This document shows, one piece after another, positions 13,629 through 22,311 of a stretch of 24,000 nt of DNA. Source of the DNA: an uncultured beta proteobacterium (GTDB taxonomy: Bacteria; Pseudomonadota; Gammaproteobacteria; Burkholderiales; SG8-39); the NCBI GenBank assembly GCA_963744255.1, contig CAVUSZ010000024.1, positions 22,542-46,541 on the forward strand. The letters run 5' to 3'. The position numbers were made by a program, and so were the translations under genes. The stretch's first letter is position 1; each line of letters opens with the position of its first letter. The notes beneath the pieces are model-generated. The model was given only the letters and a program-made list of their open reading frames with translations, was not told where the DNA came from and ran no database searches.

Positions 13629-16600
13629 CTAGTCCGGCAAACGATCCTCGGGTTGAACGGTTCTAGGGGTGCTCCTTTCAACGCTAGGTCCAGCTCGCTT
13701 GCGTGGGCGACGGATGAGCAGATACGCGGCCGGGATTACGAACATGGAAAGCAGCGGTGCGGTGATCATCCCGCCAATCATCGGCGCCGCGATCCGTTGC
13801 ATGACCTCGCTGCCCGTGCCGGCCGACCACATGATCGGCGCCAGGCCGGCGAGAATCACCGCCACCGTCATCGCCTTCGGCCGCACACGGAGTACCGCCC
13901 CCTCTTCGATTGCTTCGAAAAGCGTCGCCTCGTCCGCCGGCGCCCCGGCGGCGAGCCGGCGCTCCAGCGCCTGCTTGAGGTAGATCAGCATCACCACGCC
14001 GAACTCGGCGGCGACCCCCGCGAGTGCGATGAACCCGACCGCGCTCGCGACCGACAGGTTGTGGCCGAGCGCCCACACGTACCAGAACCCGCCAACGAGC
14101 GCGAACGGCACCGCGGCCATGATCAGCGCCGCCTCGTCGAAGCGGCGGAAGGCAAGATAGAGCAGCACGAAGATGATCGCCGCCGTGAACGGAATGACGA
14201 CGGCGAGCCGCTTCATCGCGCGCTCGAGATACTCGAACTGCCCCGACCACTGCACAGACACGCCCGGTGGCAGCTTCACGCCGCCCGCGACTGCGCGTTG
14301 CGCGTCGTGCACTACGGACGCGAGGTCGCGCCCCCGGATGTCGACGTAGATCCAGCCGGCGAGGCGCGCGTTCTCGCTACGCAGCATCGGCGGGCCGTCG
14401 GTGATCCCGATCGCTGCGACTGCGCCAAGGGGGACCTGCGCGCCGGTCTCAGTCACGATCGGAAGCATCTTCAGCTTCCCGACCGAGTCGCGCAGCTCGC
14501 GCGGGTAGCGAACGTTGATCGGGAAGCGGCGGCGGCCTTCGATCGTCTCGCCGACGTTCTCCCCGCCGATCGCCGCCGAAACGACCGACTGGACGTCGGC
14601 GACGTTCAGGCCGAAGCGCGCCGCGGCCGCGCGGTCGACGCGCACGTCGATGTAGCGGCCGCCAGTGACGCGCTCCGCGAGCGCCGAGGTGACGCCGGGG
14701 ACGTCCTTCATCAGCCGCTCGATGTCTGCGGCCGTGCGCTCGATCTCTGCGAGGTCGTTGCCCGACACCTTGATCCCGAGCGGGCTCTTGATCCCGGTCG
14801 CGAGCATGTCGATCCGGTTGCGGATCGGCGGAATCCAGATGTTGGTGAGCCCCGGGAGCTTCACCAGCCGGTCCAGCTCGTCGACGAGCTTCTCCGGCGT
14901 CATCCCCGATCGCCACTCCGCGCGCGGCCGGAGCTGCACCGTCGTCTCGACCATCTCGAGCGGCGCCGGGTCGGTCGCCGTCTCGGCCCGGCCGACCTTG
15001 CCGAACACGCGCTTCACCTCCGGAACGGTGGCGATGAGCCGGTCGGTCTGCTGCAGGAGCTCCGCCGCCTTCGCCGCCGAGATACCGGGCAGGGCCGAGG
15101 GCATGTACAGCAGATCGCCCTCGTATAGCGGCGGCAGGAACTCGCCGCCGAGCCGCGAGGCGGGAATCAGGGTCGCGAGGAAGACGAGCGCCGCGACGGC
15201 TAGCGTCGCCTTTGGCCAGCGCAGGACGATGGCGAGACACGGCCGGTACGCCGCGATCAGGAACCGGTTGATCGGGTTCCGCCGCTCCGCGGGGATCCGC
15301 CCGCGGACGAGATAGCCCATCAGCACCGGGATCAGCGTCACCGCAAGCCCGGCGGAAGCTGCCATCGCGTAGGTCTTGGTGTAGGCGAGCGGCGCGAACA
15401 GGCGGCCCTCCTGCGCCTCGAGCGCAAACACCGGGACAAACGAGAGCGTAATGATGAGTAGCGAGAAGAAAAGCGCGGGACCGACTTCGACCGCCGCGTC
15501 GCCGATCACGCGCCAGTGCTCGTCGCGACCGATTGCGGCGCCCGGATGCTCGTGCGCCCAAGCTTCGAGCTTCTTGTGCGCGTTCTCGATCATCACCACC
15601 GCCGCGTCGACCATCGCGCCGATGGCGATCGCTATGCCGCCGAGCGACATGATGTTGGCGTTCACGCCCTGGTACTGCATGACGATGAAGGCCGCCAGCA
15701 CGCCGAGCGGCAGCGTAATGATGGCGACGAACGCCGATCGCAGGTGGAGCAGGAAGATCGCGCAGACGAGCGCGACGACGGCGAACTCCTCGGCGAGCTT
15801 GTCGCGCAAGTGCCGGACCGCGCGCTCGATCAGGCCGGAGCGGTCGTAGGTCTCGACGATCTCGACACCGTGCGGCAGGCTCTTCCGCAGCTCGGCGAGC
15901 CGCGCCTTCACCGCGCCGATCGTCTCGAGCGCGTTCTTGCCGGCGCGCATGACGATCACACCGCCGGCTACTTCGCCTTCGCCGTCGAGCTCGGCGATGC
16001 CGCGCCGCATCTCGGGACCCATCTGCACGCGCGCGACGTCCGCGAGCGTCACCGGCACCCCGCCCTTGCCGACGAGGAGTGGGATCGTGCGGAAGTCGTC
16101 GAGCGTCTTCAGGTAGCCGCTCGCGCGCACCATGTACTCGGCCTCGGCCAACTCGAGCACCGAGCCGCCGGTCTCGCGGTTCGCGTTCTGGATCGCCGCG
16201 ATCACCTTGGAGTGCGGGATACCGTAGGCGCGCAGGCGATCCGGGTCGAGCACCACCTGGTACTGCCGCACCATGCCGCCGACGGTCGCGACCTCAGCCA
16301 CGTTGGGCAGCGCCTTCAGCTCGTACTTGAGGAACCAGTCCTGGAGCGCGCGCAGCTCGCCGAGGTCGAGCCGGCCCGAGCGGTCGAGGAGGGCGTACTG
16401 GTAGACCCAGCCGACGCCCGTCGCATCGGGCCCGAGCGCCGGTTTCGCCTGCGCCGGCAGCCGCGACTGCACCTGGTTGAGGTACTCGAGCACGCGCGAG
16501 CGCGCCCAGTACGGATCGGTGCCGTCCGCGAAAAGGATGTAAACGAACGAATCCCCGAAGAACGAGTACCCGCGCACCGTCTTCGCGCCGGGCACCGACA

Positions 16601-16820
16601 GCATCGTCGTCGTCAGCGGGTAGGTGACCTGGTCCTCGACGATCCGGGGTGCCTGCCCCGGCCAGGTCGTGCGAATGATCACCTGCACGTCGGAGAGATC
16701 GGGGATCGCGTCGAGCGGTGTGCGCAGCACCGAATGGACGCCCCAGGCCGTCACGAGCGCCGTCGTCATCAGCACCAGGAACCGGTTCGCAATCGACCAG
16801 CGAATCAATCCTGCGATCAT
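13629..16820 (-). CDS. cusA: CusA/SilA-type heavy-metal (Cu+/Ag+) efflux RND permease
   Basis: 1063-aa ORF. CusA-specific blocks include [30 protein letters not shown] and [37 protein letters not shown] (the Met of the CusA methionine cluster context). The architecture is that of a 12-TM RND protein. Confidence 0.95.
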   Translation of the reverse strand: MIAGLIRWSIANRFLVLMTTALVTAWGVHSVLRTPLDAIPDLSDVQVIIRTTWPGQAPRIVEDQVTYPLTTTMLSVPGAKTVRGYSFFGDSFVYILFADGTDPYWARSRVLEYLNQVQSRLPAQAKPALGPDATGVGWVYQYALLDRSGRLDLGELRALQDWFLKYELKALPNVAEVATVGGMVRQYQVVLDPDRLRAYGIPHSKVIAAIQNANRETGGSVLELAEAEYMVRASGYLKTLDDFRTIPLLVGKGGVPVTLADVARVQMGPEMRRGIAELDGEGEVAGGVIVMRAGKNALETIGAVKARLAELRKSLPHGVEIVETYDRSGLIERAVRHLRDKLAEEFAVVALVCAIFLLHLRSAFVAIITLPLGVLAAFIVMQYQGVNANIMSLGGIAIAIGAMVDAAVVMIENAHKKLEAWAHEHPGAAIGRDEHWRVIGDAAVEVGPALFFSLLIITLSFVPVFALEAQEGRLFAPLAYTKTYAMAASAGLAVTLIPVLMGYLVRGRIPAERRNPINRFLIAAYRPCLAIVLRWPKATLAVAALVFLATLIPASRLGGEFLPPLYEGDLLYMPSALPGISAAKAAELLQQTDRLIATVPEVKRVFGKVGRAETATDPAPLEMVETTVQLRPRAEWRSGMTPEKLVDELDRLVKLPGLTNIWIPPIRNRIDMLATGIKSPLGIKVSGNDLAEIERTAADIERLMKDVPGVTSALAERVTGGRYIDVRVDRAAAARFGLNVADVQSVVSAAIGGENVGETIEGRRRFPINVRYPRELRDSVGKLKMLPIVTETGAQVPLGAVAAIGITDGPPMLRSENARLAGWIYVDIRGRDLASVVHDAQRAVAGGVKLPPGVSVQWSGQFEYLERAMKRLAVVIPFTAAIIFVLLYLAFRRFDEAALIMAAVPFALVGGFWYVWALGHNLSVASAVGFIALAGVAAEFGVVMLIYLKQALERRLAAGAPADEATLFEAIEEGAVLRVRPKAMTVAVILAGLAPIMWSAGTGSEVMQRIAAPMIGGMITAPLLSMFVIPAAYLLIRRPRKRAGPSVERSTPRTVQPEDRLPD

Positions 16821-16886
16821 GGCTGTTTCATCCGACTCGGGGGATCTGCAAGGAGGTGTGCCCCTTGTTCCAGCGGCGCACGACGA

Positions 16887-18350
16887 TCATCTCAACGGCT
16901 CCACCTTCGTCGCCTGGAACTCACCGTCCTTCATCGTGAACTCGAAGCGGATGCGGTCGCCGGCCTTGACGCCCGCCGGCAGCCCCGACTTCGGCGCGGC
17001 GAACTCCATGGTCATCCCGCCCATCCCCGCGCTCGGGATCGGCCCGTGCTTGATCAGGAGGGACTTGTCGTTGCCACTCACGAGGACGCCTTCGGCCTTG
17101 TGGACGGACGCGGACGCTTCGGCACCAACTCCTTCCAGCCGCGCGAGCGTTGCGCGCAGGCTCGCCTCGGAGTCGATCAAGAACTGGCCCGACACCACCA
17201 CCCGGTCGCCGGCCTTGAGCCCCTTGCGGATCTCGGAGTCGCCGCCCGTCTCCATCCCGACCTCGACGTCGACGGCGCGGAACTTCCCCTCGCCCGCGGC
17301 GAGGATCACGACGCTCCGCTCGCCGGTCTTGATTACTGCTTCGGCCGGGATCAGGAGCGCTGCGCGGCCGCGCCCGCCGAGCGTGACCGTCGCATACATC
17401 CCCGGCTTCAGCTGGCCGCCCGGGTTCGCGACCTCGATGCGCGCGCGAACCGTGCGCGTGACCGGGTTGACGTCAGGGAGGATGGCGCTCACCCGGCCGG
17501 TGAACACGTCGTCGGGATATGCCGGGACCCGCGCCGCGGCGCGCTCGCCGGGGACGAGCATCCCGGCCTGCGCCTCCGGGACCTCGGCAACCACCCACAC
17601 GGTGCTCAAAGCCGCGATGCGGAAGAGTGTCGTGCCGCCGGCCACGGTCATCCCCTCGCGTGCGCCCAGCTCGGCGACCACGCCGGACACCGGCGCGCGC
17701 AACGTGACCCGCGCCTGCACCTTGCCTTCACGCTCCACGGCCACGACTTGCTCCTCGGTCATCCCGAGCAGCAGGAGCCGCTCGCGCGCGGCGCGCTGGA
17801 GCGGCTCCACGTCGTGACCCGCGAGACGTCGCACAGCGAGGTACTCGGCTTGCGCGCCTGCCCACTCGGGAAAGAGGATCTCGACCAGCGGCTGGCCTTC
17901 GCGCACCGGGTCGAGCGGTGCCCGGACGTGCAACTTCTCGACGAAGCCGGCGGTGCGGGGCTGCACCAGGACCACGGACCGCTCGTTGTACTCGACGTTG
18001 CCGACCGCGGTGAGCTTCGGCGCGAGCGATCCCGACCGCGCCTCGGCGGTGCGAACGCCGAGGTTCTGCACGACGCGCGGGCTGATGCTGACGCCGGACT
18101 CGTCGCCGCCCGCGTCGGCGTACTTCGGCACCAGCATCATGTCCATGAACGGCGACTTGCCCGGCTTGTCGAAGCGCTGCTGCGGGTACATCGGGTCGTA
18201 CCAGTACAGCACCTTGCGGTCCCCGGCTCCTTCGGCGACGGGCGCTCCCGGCGTCGGCGCGTGCGGCTGCGACATCCCGAACCAGTAGCCGGCGGCGGCG
18301 GCGAGGCCGAGCACCGCGACTGCCAGCGCTGCATAGAGGAGGCGGCTCAC
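16887..18350 (-). CDS. cusB: CusB/SilB-type periplasmic adaptor (MFP) with a C-terminal CusF-like metallochaperone domain
   Basis: GTG 18350 overlaps the cusC stop as GTGA. The N-terminal metal-binding block is YWYDPMYPQQRFDKPGKSPFMDMMLVP. A HlyD-like barrel-sandwich/beta-barrel core follows. The last ~75 aa (HKAEGVLVSG...LLIKHGPIPSAGMGGMTMEFAAP...GDRIRFEFTMKDGEFQATKVEPL) resemble CusF. Confidence 0.9.
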   Translation of the reverse strand: MSRLLYAALAVAVLGLAAAAGYWFGMSQPHAPTPGAPVAEGAGDRKVLYWYDPMYPQQRFDKPGKSPFMDMMLVPKYADAGGDESGVSISPRVVQNLGVRTAEARSGSLAPKLTAVGNVEYNERSVVLVQPRTAGFVEKLHVRAPLDPVREGQPLVEILFPEWAGAQAEYLAVRRLAGHDVEPLQRAARERLLLLGMTEEQVVAVEREGKVQARVTLRAPVSGVVAELGAREGMTVAGGTTLFRIAALSTVWVVAEVPEAQAGMLVPGERAAARVPAYPDDVFTGRVSAILPDVNPVTRTVRARIEVANPGGQLKPGMYATVTLGGRGRAALLIPAEAVIKTGERSVVILAAGEGKFRAVDVEVGMETGGDSEIRKGLKAGDRVVVSGQFLIDSEASLRATLARLEGVGAEASASVHKAEGVLVSGNDKSLLIKHGPIPSAGMGGMTMEFAAPKSGLPAGVKAGDRIRFEFTMKDGEFQATKVEPLR

Positions 18351-19609
18351 GACTTGGCCTCCTTGAGCAGCAGGTAGTTGATCGCGGACCAGGCCCGCGC
18401 GCGCTCGGCGAGCGCCTGGGCGAGGCTCATCTGCGCCTCGGCCTCGGCGCGGCGCGCTTCCAGTACGCTTCCGAGCGTGCCGCGTCCGCCGCGGTAGGCG
18501 GCGAGCGCAACCTCCACGCGCTCGCGGGAGAGGGGCAGTATCGAGCGCTCGTACCGGGTGACGCGAGCGGCGGCGGTATCCCAGTCGGCCAGGAACCCGC
18601 GCGCCTCCGCCTCGGCCGCGCGCCGCGCGTCTTCGGCCGAATTGCGCGCGCGTTCGACGAGCGCCTGCTTGGCGGCGATGTCGCGATCCTGGCGGCGTTC
18701 GGCGGCGATCGGCAGGTCGATTGCGACGAGCACGCTCACCATGTTGGAGAAGTTGGGGCTGCGCTGGCCGTAGGAAACGATCAGGGACCAGTCCGGGGTC
18801 TTCGTGCTGCCTGCGACCGACAGGTCCGCGCGCGCGAGCGACGCCTGCCGGTCGCTCACCTGCACGGCCGGATGCGAACCCACTCGCGCGAGCAGCTCGT
18901 CCGCGGCGATCGGCAGACGCGCGGTGTCAGGCGCCGCGCCCAGCGGACGCGATGTGGCGCTGCCGAGGAGCTGGGCGAGGACGATCCGCGCCCGCTCGAG
19001 CGAGCGCTCGTGCATCTCCAGCCGGTCGCGCGCCTGCTCAACGGCGGCGCGCGCGGCGAGCGCATCCGCCGGCGCCAGCCGCCCGCCCGTGACCGCCGCG
19101 GCCGCCGTCTCGGCCTCGAGCGCGGTTTCACGCACCAGCGCCACGAGCGCTGCGTGCTCCTCGTGCGCGTAGCGCAGGTCGAACCACGCATTGGCGACGT
19201 CGCGCTGCAGCTGCAGGCGGCTCGCGGAAAGGGCAGCGCTCTCGACGCTGCTCTCGGCCTGCGCCCGGGCGCCGAGCGCGCGCCGCTTGCCCGAGTTCGG
19301 GAAGCCCTGCTCGACGCCGATGCGCTTCATCGTCATGGAATCCTGATCCGTGCGCCACGCCTCCGAACCGCTGACCGGCAGGTTCTCGATGCCGAAGACG
19401 AGCTTGGGATCGGGCAGCTCTCCGGCGCGCGCCGCCATTTCACGGGCGGCGCCCACCGCGGCCGCCTGCGCGGCGAGCTTCGCCGAGCGCGCCTCGGCGA
19501 GGCGGATCGCCTCGTCGAGCGTGAGGGGGGCGGTTTGTGCGAGCGCCAGGGGCGCGGCGGCGAGCAGGGCGCCGAGCGCGCTCGCGCGAATGAATCGGGC
19601 AGACGACAT
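18347..19609 (-). CDS. cusC: CusC/CzcC-like outer-membrane efflux protein (TolC family)
   Basis: 420-aa ORF with SD GGAGG 5 nt before ATG 19609. Signal peptide ...LAAAPLALAQT with no lipobox Cys. The coiled-coil-rich OEP-type repeats are typical of heavy-metal RND outer-membrane factors. Confidence 0.85.
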   Translation of the reverse strand: MSSARFIRASALGALLAAAPLALAQTAPLTLDEAIRLAEARSAKLAAQAAAVGAAREMAARAGELPDPKLVFGIENLPVSGSEAWRTDQDSMTMKRIGVEQGFPNSGKRRALGARAQAESSVESAALSASRLQLQRDVANAWFDLRYAHEEHAALVALVRETALEAETAAAAVTGGRLAPADALAARAAVEQARDRLEMHERSLERARIVLAQLLGSATSRPLGAAPDTARLPIAADELLARVGSHPAVQVSDRQASLARADLSVAGSTKTPDWSLIVSYGQRSPNFSNMVSVLVAIDLPIAAERRQDRDIAAKQALVERARNSAEDARRAAEAEARGFLADWDTAAARVTRYERSILPLSRERVEVALAAYRGGRGTLGSVLEARRAEAEAQMSLAQALAERARAWSAINYLLLKEAKS

Positions 19610-19672
19610 GAAACCTCCGCATTTAAGGAATCCTGGATGCGGCCGCGGTCGCGGCCGGGATTCGCGCGGAGG

Positions 19673-20035
19673 CTAGTTCCGGAAGCGCTGGTAGAGGATC
19701 GGTATCGGGGGCGAAGCCGCGTGCGCGAGCACCGGCTCGGACCGGACCGCGTGCGGCGGCGGCACGGCGATGACAACCTCGACTACGGCGAGGAGCGGTG
19801 CAACCACGTCGCCGGAAGCGAGCGGTTTCGCCTGATCGACGGTCTGCTGGTCGGCCTGGCAGTGCGCCTGGCAGAGCGCGGATGGAGCCGGAGACGGCTC
19901 GTCGTGACACGGCATCGCCGTCTCATCGGGCACCGGGATCACGCACCCGTGCATGGCCACCGCGGCCTGCGCGAATGCGAGCGCGGCCATCGCGAGGATC
20001 GCGATCACGTGACGGTACCGGCGTGCGGGCTTCAC
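19673..20035 (-). CDS. Small exported Cys/His-motif protein (CopL/CzcI-like), first gene of the cus operon
   Basis: The track ORF is 19673..20098 with a TTG start. I prefer GTG 20035, which gives VKPARRYRHVIAILAMAALAFAQAAVA (signal-like). The mature part contains HGC, MPCHDE and CQAHCQADQQ motifs and a Pro-rich C-terminus (ASPPIPILYQRF). It lies 63 nt upstream of cusC on the same strand. The family assignment is from memory only. Confidence 0.5.
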   Translation of the reverse strand: MKPARRYRHVIAILAMAALAFAQAAVAMHGCVIPVPDETAMPCHDEPSPAPSALCQAHCQADQQTVDQAKPLASGDVVAPLLAVVEVVIAVPPPHAVRSEPVLAHAASPPIPILYQRFRN

Positions 20036-20257
20036 GATCGGGAGCTTATCCCATTCCTGAAGCTCAACGGGGTTGGGCCCGAGGGTTGGTGCTTGCAACG
20101 AGGGCTGGCTATGTCTTTGGCCGACTATCGGAGCCGCCAGGGTTGGGGGCCATCGGGTTTGTTGCTCGGCCGCGCGCTATCGGTCAGTTTGCCGACGCGC
20201 GCCGCGTGAATGAGGCGCTCCAGCTCGCAAACCTGAGTTAGGGCAGGTCTTGCGGAG

Positions 20258-20294
20258 TTGACAACGGCTTATATTTTCATAATAGTGGAAATAT
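20258..20294 (+). promoter_or_regulatory. Candidate ars promoter (TTGACA-16 nt-TAATAG) plus inverted repeat ATATTT-N12-AAATAT overlapping the -10 region and the arsR start
   Basis: TTGACA lies at 20258-20263 and TAATAG at 20280-20285. The inverted-repeat arms are at 20271-20276 and 20289-20294. This is the only strongly AT-rich stretch in the region. The arsR ATG (20293) lies about 7 nt after the -10 hexamer and has no convincing SD, so a leaderless or near-leaderless transcript is possible. Confidence 0.35.
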
Positions 20295-20667
20295 GGAAAC
20301 GAAAGACGCAGTCACTGCCCTCGACGCGCTTGCCCAGGAGACACGGCTTTCAATCTTCCGGCTACTGGTGCAAGCAGGGCCGGAGGGCGTAGCAGCCGGC
20401 GGCATCAGCGACGCTCTCGAGGTACCCCCGGCGACGCTGTCTTTCCATCTGAAGGAACTGGTCCACGCCGGCATGGTGACATCCCGTCAGCAAGGACGGT
20501 TCATCTACTACAGCGCCGATTTCGAACGCATGGCCGCGTTGATGACGTTTCTCACCCAGAACTGCTGTCAGGGAATGCCGCAGGAGTGCCTGACGGTCAT
20601 GGAAACCGCGCTTGGCCGCTGCTGCCCGCCGCAGCCCAAGCGCAAACCCGCAAGGAGCCGATCGTGA
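20293..20667 (+). CDS. arsR: ArsR/SmtB-family metalloregulator with C-terminal cysteine cluster
   Basis: Winged-helix core LAQETRLSIFRLLVQAGPEGVAAGGISDALEVPPATLSFHLKELVHAGMV. There are no Cys residues in the helix-3 ELCVCDL position. The cysteines are instead C-terminal (QNCCQGMPQEC, then GRCC), as in the Acidithiobacillus ferrooxidans-type ArsR. Confidence 0.9.
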   Translation: METKDAVTALDALAQETRLSIFRLLVQAGPEGVAAGGISDALEVPPATLSFHLKELVHAGMVTSRQQGRFIYYSADFERMAALMTFLTQNCCQGMPQECLTVMETALGRCCPPQPKRKPARSRS

Positions 20668-21095
20668 AGCGCTTTCATGTCCACGTTGCCGTTGACGACC
20701 TCGCCGCCAATATCCGCTTCTACTCCACCGTGTTTGGCATGCCGCCCACCGTCGAGAAGAGCGACTACGCAAAATGGATGATGGACGACCCGCGCATCAA
20801 TTTTGCGATCTCCAGGCGCGGGCTCAAACCCGGCATTGACCACCTCGGACTGCAGGTCGACACCGACGACGAGCTCACGCAGATGCGCGCACAGGTCGGC
20901 AAGGCGGAGATTGCCGCGCTCGACCAAAGCAATGCCACCTGCTGCTATGCGAAGTCTGACAAGTACTGGATTGCCGACCCGCAGGGGATCGCCTGGGAGA
21001 CGTTCCGCACGCTCGATTCCGTGCCGGTCTACGGGGCGACGGTGCGCGAGCAGCCTGCCGGGAAGGCCGCGTGCTGCGACTCCCGTGGCCAATAA
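20664..21095 (+). CDS. arsI: ArsI/CadI-family VOC (glyoxalase-fold) metalloenzyme, putative C-As lyase
   Basis: GTG 20664 overlaps the arsR stop as GTGA. The translation KRFHVHVAVDDLAANIRFYSTVFG...IDHLGLQV...ATCCYAKSDKYWIADPQGIAWETF carries the vicinal-Cys (CC) substrate-binding loop characteristic of ArsI. A second CC pair lies near the C-terminus. Confidence 0.85.
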   Translation: MKRFHVHVAVDDLAANIRFYSTVFGMPPTVEKSDYAKWMMDDPRINFAISRRGLKPGIDHLGLQVDTDDELTQMRAQVGKAEIAALDQSNATCCYAKSDKYWIADPQGIAWETFRTLDSVPVYGATVREQPAGKAACCDSRGQ

Positions 21096-21099
21096 CGCC

Positions 21100-21696
21100 A
21101 TGGAACTGGCCAAGACGGGCGGCGAACGCCTTGCGCAGGGTAACGTCGCCCTCGCGCTTCTCGCCAATTCAGCAGCGACGGGCGCAGGGCTCTATACGCT
21201 GATCGCAATGCTGGGGCCTGTCTCTGGGGCGCACCTAAATCCTGTCGTCTCCGCCGTGAGCCTATGGCGTGGGGCGATGCGCGGCCGCGAGTGCGCCCTC
21301 TACGTGCTCGCTCAGGTGATCGGGGCCTTTGCCGGCGTCCTGATCGCTCACGCCATGTTCGGCTTGCCGTTGTGGCAAGTCTCGGAACATGTCCGTCCGA
21401 CTGCCGGCGAAGGATTGGGGGAGATCGTCGCGACCTTCGGGCTCGTGCTCACAATCCTTTTCCTATCGAAGTTTCGCCCCGATGCGATACCGCTCGCCGT
21501 TGCCACCTTCATTGCGAGCGCCTACTGGTTTACCTCCTCGACCTCGTTTGCCAATCCCGCGGTGACGCTAGCGCGAGCAGCAACCGACACGTTCGCGGGC
21601 ATCTCCCCGCACAGCGTCCCGCTCTTCGTCGGCGGACAGGTCGTCGGAGCCGCCGTGGCCGCCCTGATTGCACGCTGGCTGCTGCGTCCCGAATGA
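21100..21696 (+). CDS. MIP-family aquaglyceroporin (AqpS-like arsenite channel), N-terminally truncated (lacks TM1)
   Basis: ATG 21100 lies 4 nt after the arsI stop. Both signature loops are present (SGAHLNPVVS and SFANPAVT). However, the protein starts at the position aligned with ...GIMAERLAGGNVALALLAN of ars-linked aquaporins, and no TM1-like hydrophobic segment is encoded upstream in any frame. The product is ~198 aa, versus the ~230+ aa I recall for AqpS-type proteins. Confidence 0.8.
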   Translation: MELAKTGGERLAQGNVALALLANSAATGAGLYTLIAMLGPVSGAHLNPVVSAVSLWRGAMRGRECALYVLAQVIGAFAGVLIAHAMFGLPLWQVSEHVRPTAGEGLGEIVATFGLVLTILFLSKFRPDAIPLAVATFIASAYWFTSSTSFANPAVTLARAATDTFAGISPHSVPLFVGGQVVGAAVAALIARWLLRPE

Positions 21697-22019
21697 GCGT
21701 CTTCCCAATCGCGGCGGCGCGTCCGAGCGATCTGGCCGATGTGAAAGGCCTGCTCGCCGTCTGCAACCTGCCGCACGAAGACCTGACACCGGCGCACCTG
21801 GCGTTTTTCCAGATCGTCAGGCACGGCAGCGAGCTCGTGGCAGTTGTAGGTCTGGAGCGTTTCGGATACGACGGCCTACTGCGATCGCTCGCAGTCATGT
21901 CCGACTATCGGGGAAAGGGGCTAGGTGGGAGTCTGGCCGCGGCGCTGTCGACGAACGCTTCCGCGACTCGCATGGGTCCGAGCGTGTTGACATCGAGCAC
22001 CTTCGCCCAGGAGGCGTAG
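21693..22019 (+). pseudogene. arsN2: ArsN2-like GNAT N-acetyltransferase, 3'-truncated (first ~85 codons retained, unrelated tail)
   Basis: ATG 21693 overlaps the aquaporin stop as ATGA. The sequence MSVFPIAAARPSDLADVKGLLAVCNLPHEDLTPAHLAFFQIV..LVAVVGLERFGYDGLLRSLAVMSDYRGKGLGGSLAAAL matches the ArsN2 N-terminal half, including the RGxGxG acetyl-CoA loop. From about 21945 the reading frame is antisense to the SDR gene, and the conserved C-terminal half is missing. Confidence 0.65.
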
Positions 22020-22311
22020 TCGATGTTTCCGATCGTCTGGCGCGGCATTCCGATGATCCCGGCGCCGTTGAGCAGAAGGTCGATCGCCTGACCGTCGAGC
22101 TTTGCGGCGCCGCCTTGACCGTGGCGAGGTCGGTTACGTCGAGGGCCAGAATCTCGACCTTCCCGCTGCTCGCTTCGGCCAGGCGCTGCAGCGCCGATGC
22201 GGAGCCCGGCTCGCGGCAAGCGGCGTAGACCCGCCAGCCCCCGGCCGCAAACTGCCGGGTGAACTCGAATCCGAGCCCGCGATTGGCACCTGTAATCAGA
22301 GTATTCGGCAT
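21905..22311 (-). pseudogene. Short-chain dehydrogenase/reductase (SDR), frameshifted and 3'-truncated
   Basis: ATG 22311 begins MPNTLITGANRGLGFEFTRQFAAGGWRVYAACR...VEILALDVTDLATVKAA (TGxxxGxG Rossmann motif). At the GCGGCGCCGCC run (22104-22114) the homologous reading moves to another frame: AAKLDGQAIDLLLNGAGIIG...DVNTLGPMRVAEAF. Homology ends near 21950, before the catalytic Ser/Tyr-xxx-Lys region. Confidence 0.7.

Noticed and set aside
15516-18377. 953-aa plus-strand ORF, the second-longest in the track.
   Set aside because: It is antisense to cusA and cusB and runs straight across their intergenic gap. The translation is Arg/Asp/His/Gly-rich low-complexity sequence with no recognisable domain. 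Long antisense ORFs are expected in GC-rich DNA, where stop codons are rare. The opposite strand carries unmistakable CusA/CusB sequence.
20099-20257. Possible remnant of a cusR/copR regulator or a CopR box in the cus-ars divergent region.
   Set aside because: Translating all frames by eye gave no response-regulator-like peptide, and no TGTAAT/ATTACA-type box was found. The only notable peptide (LTQVCELERLIHAARVGKLTD, minus strand) lacks a start codon and any recognisable family.
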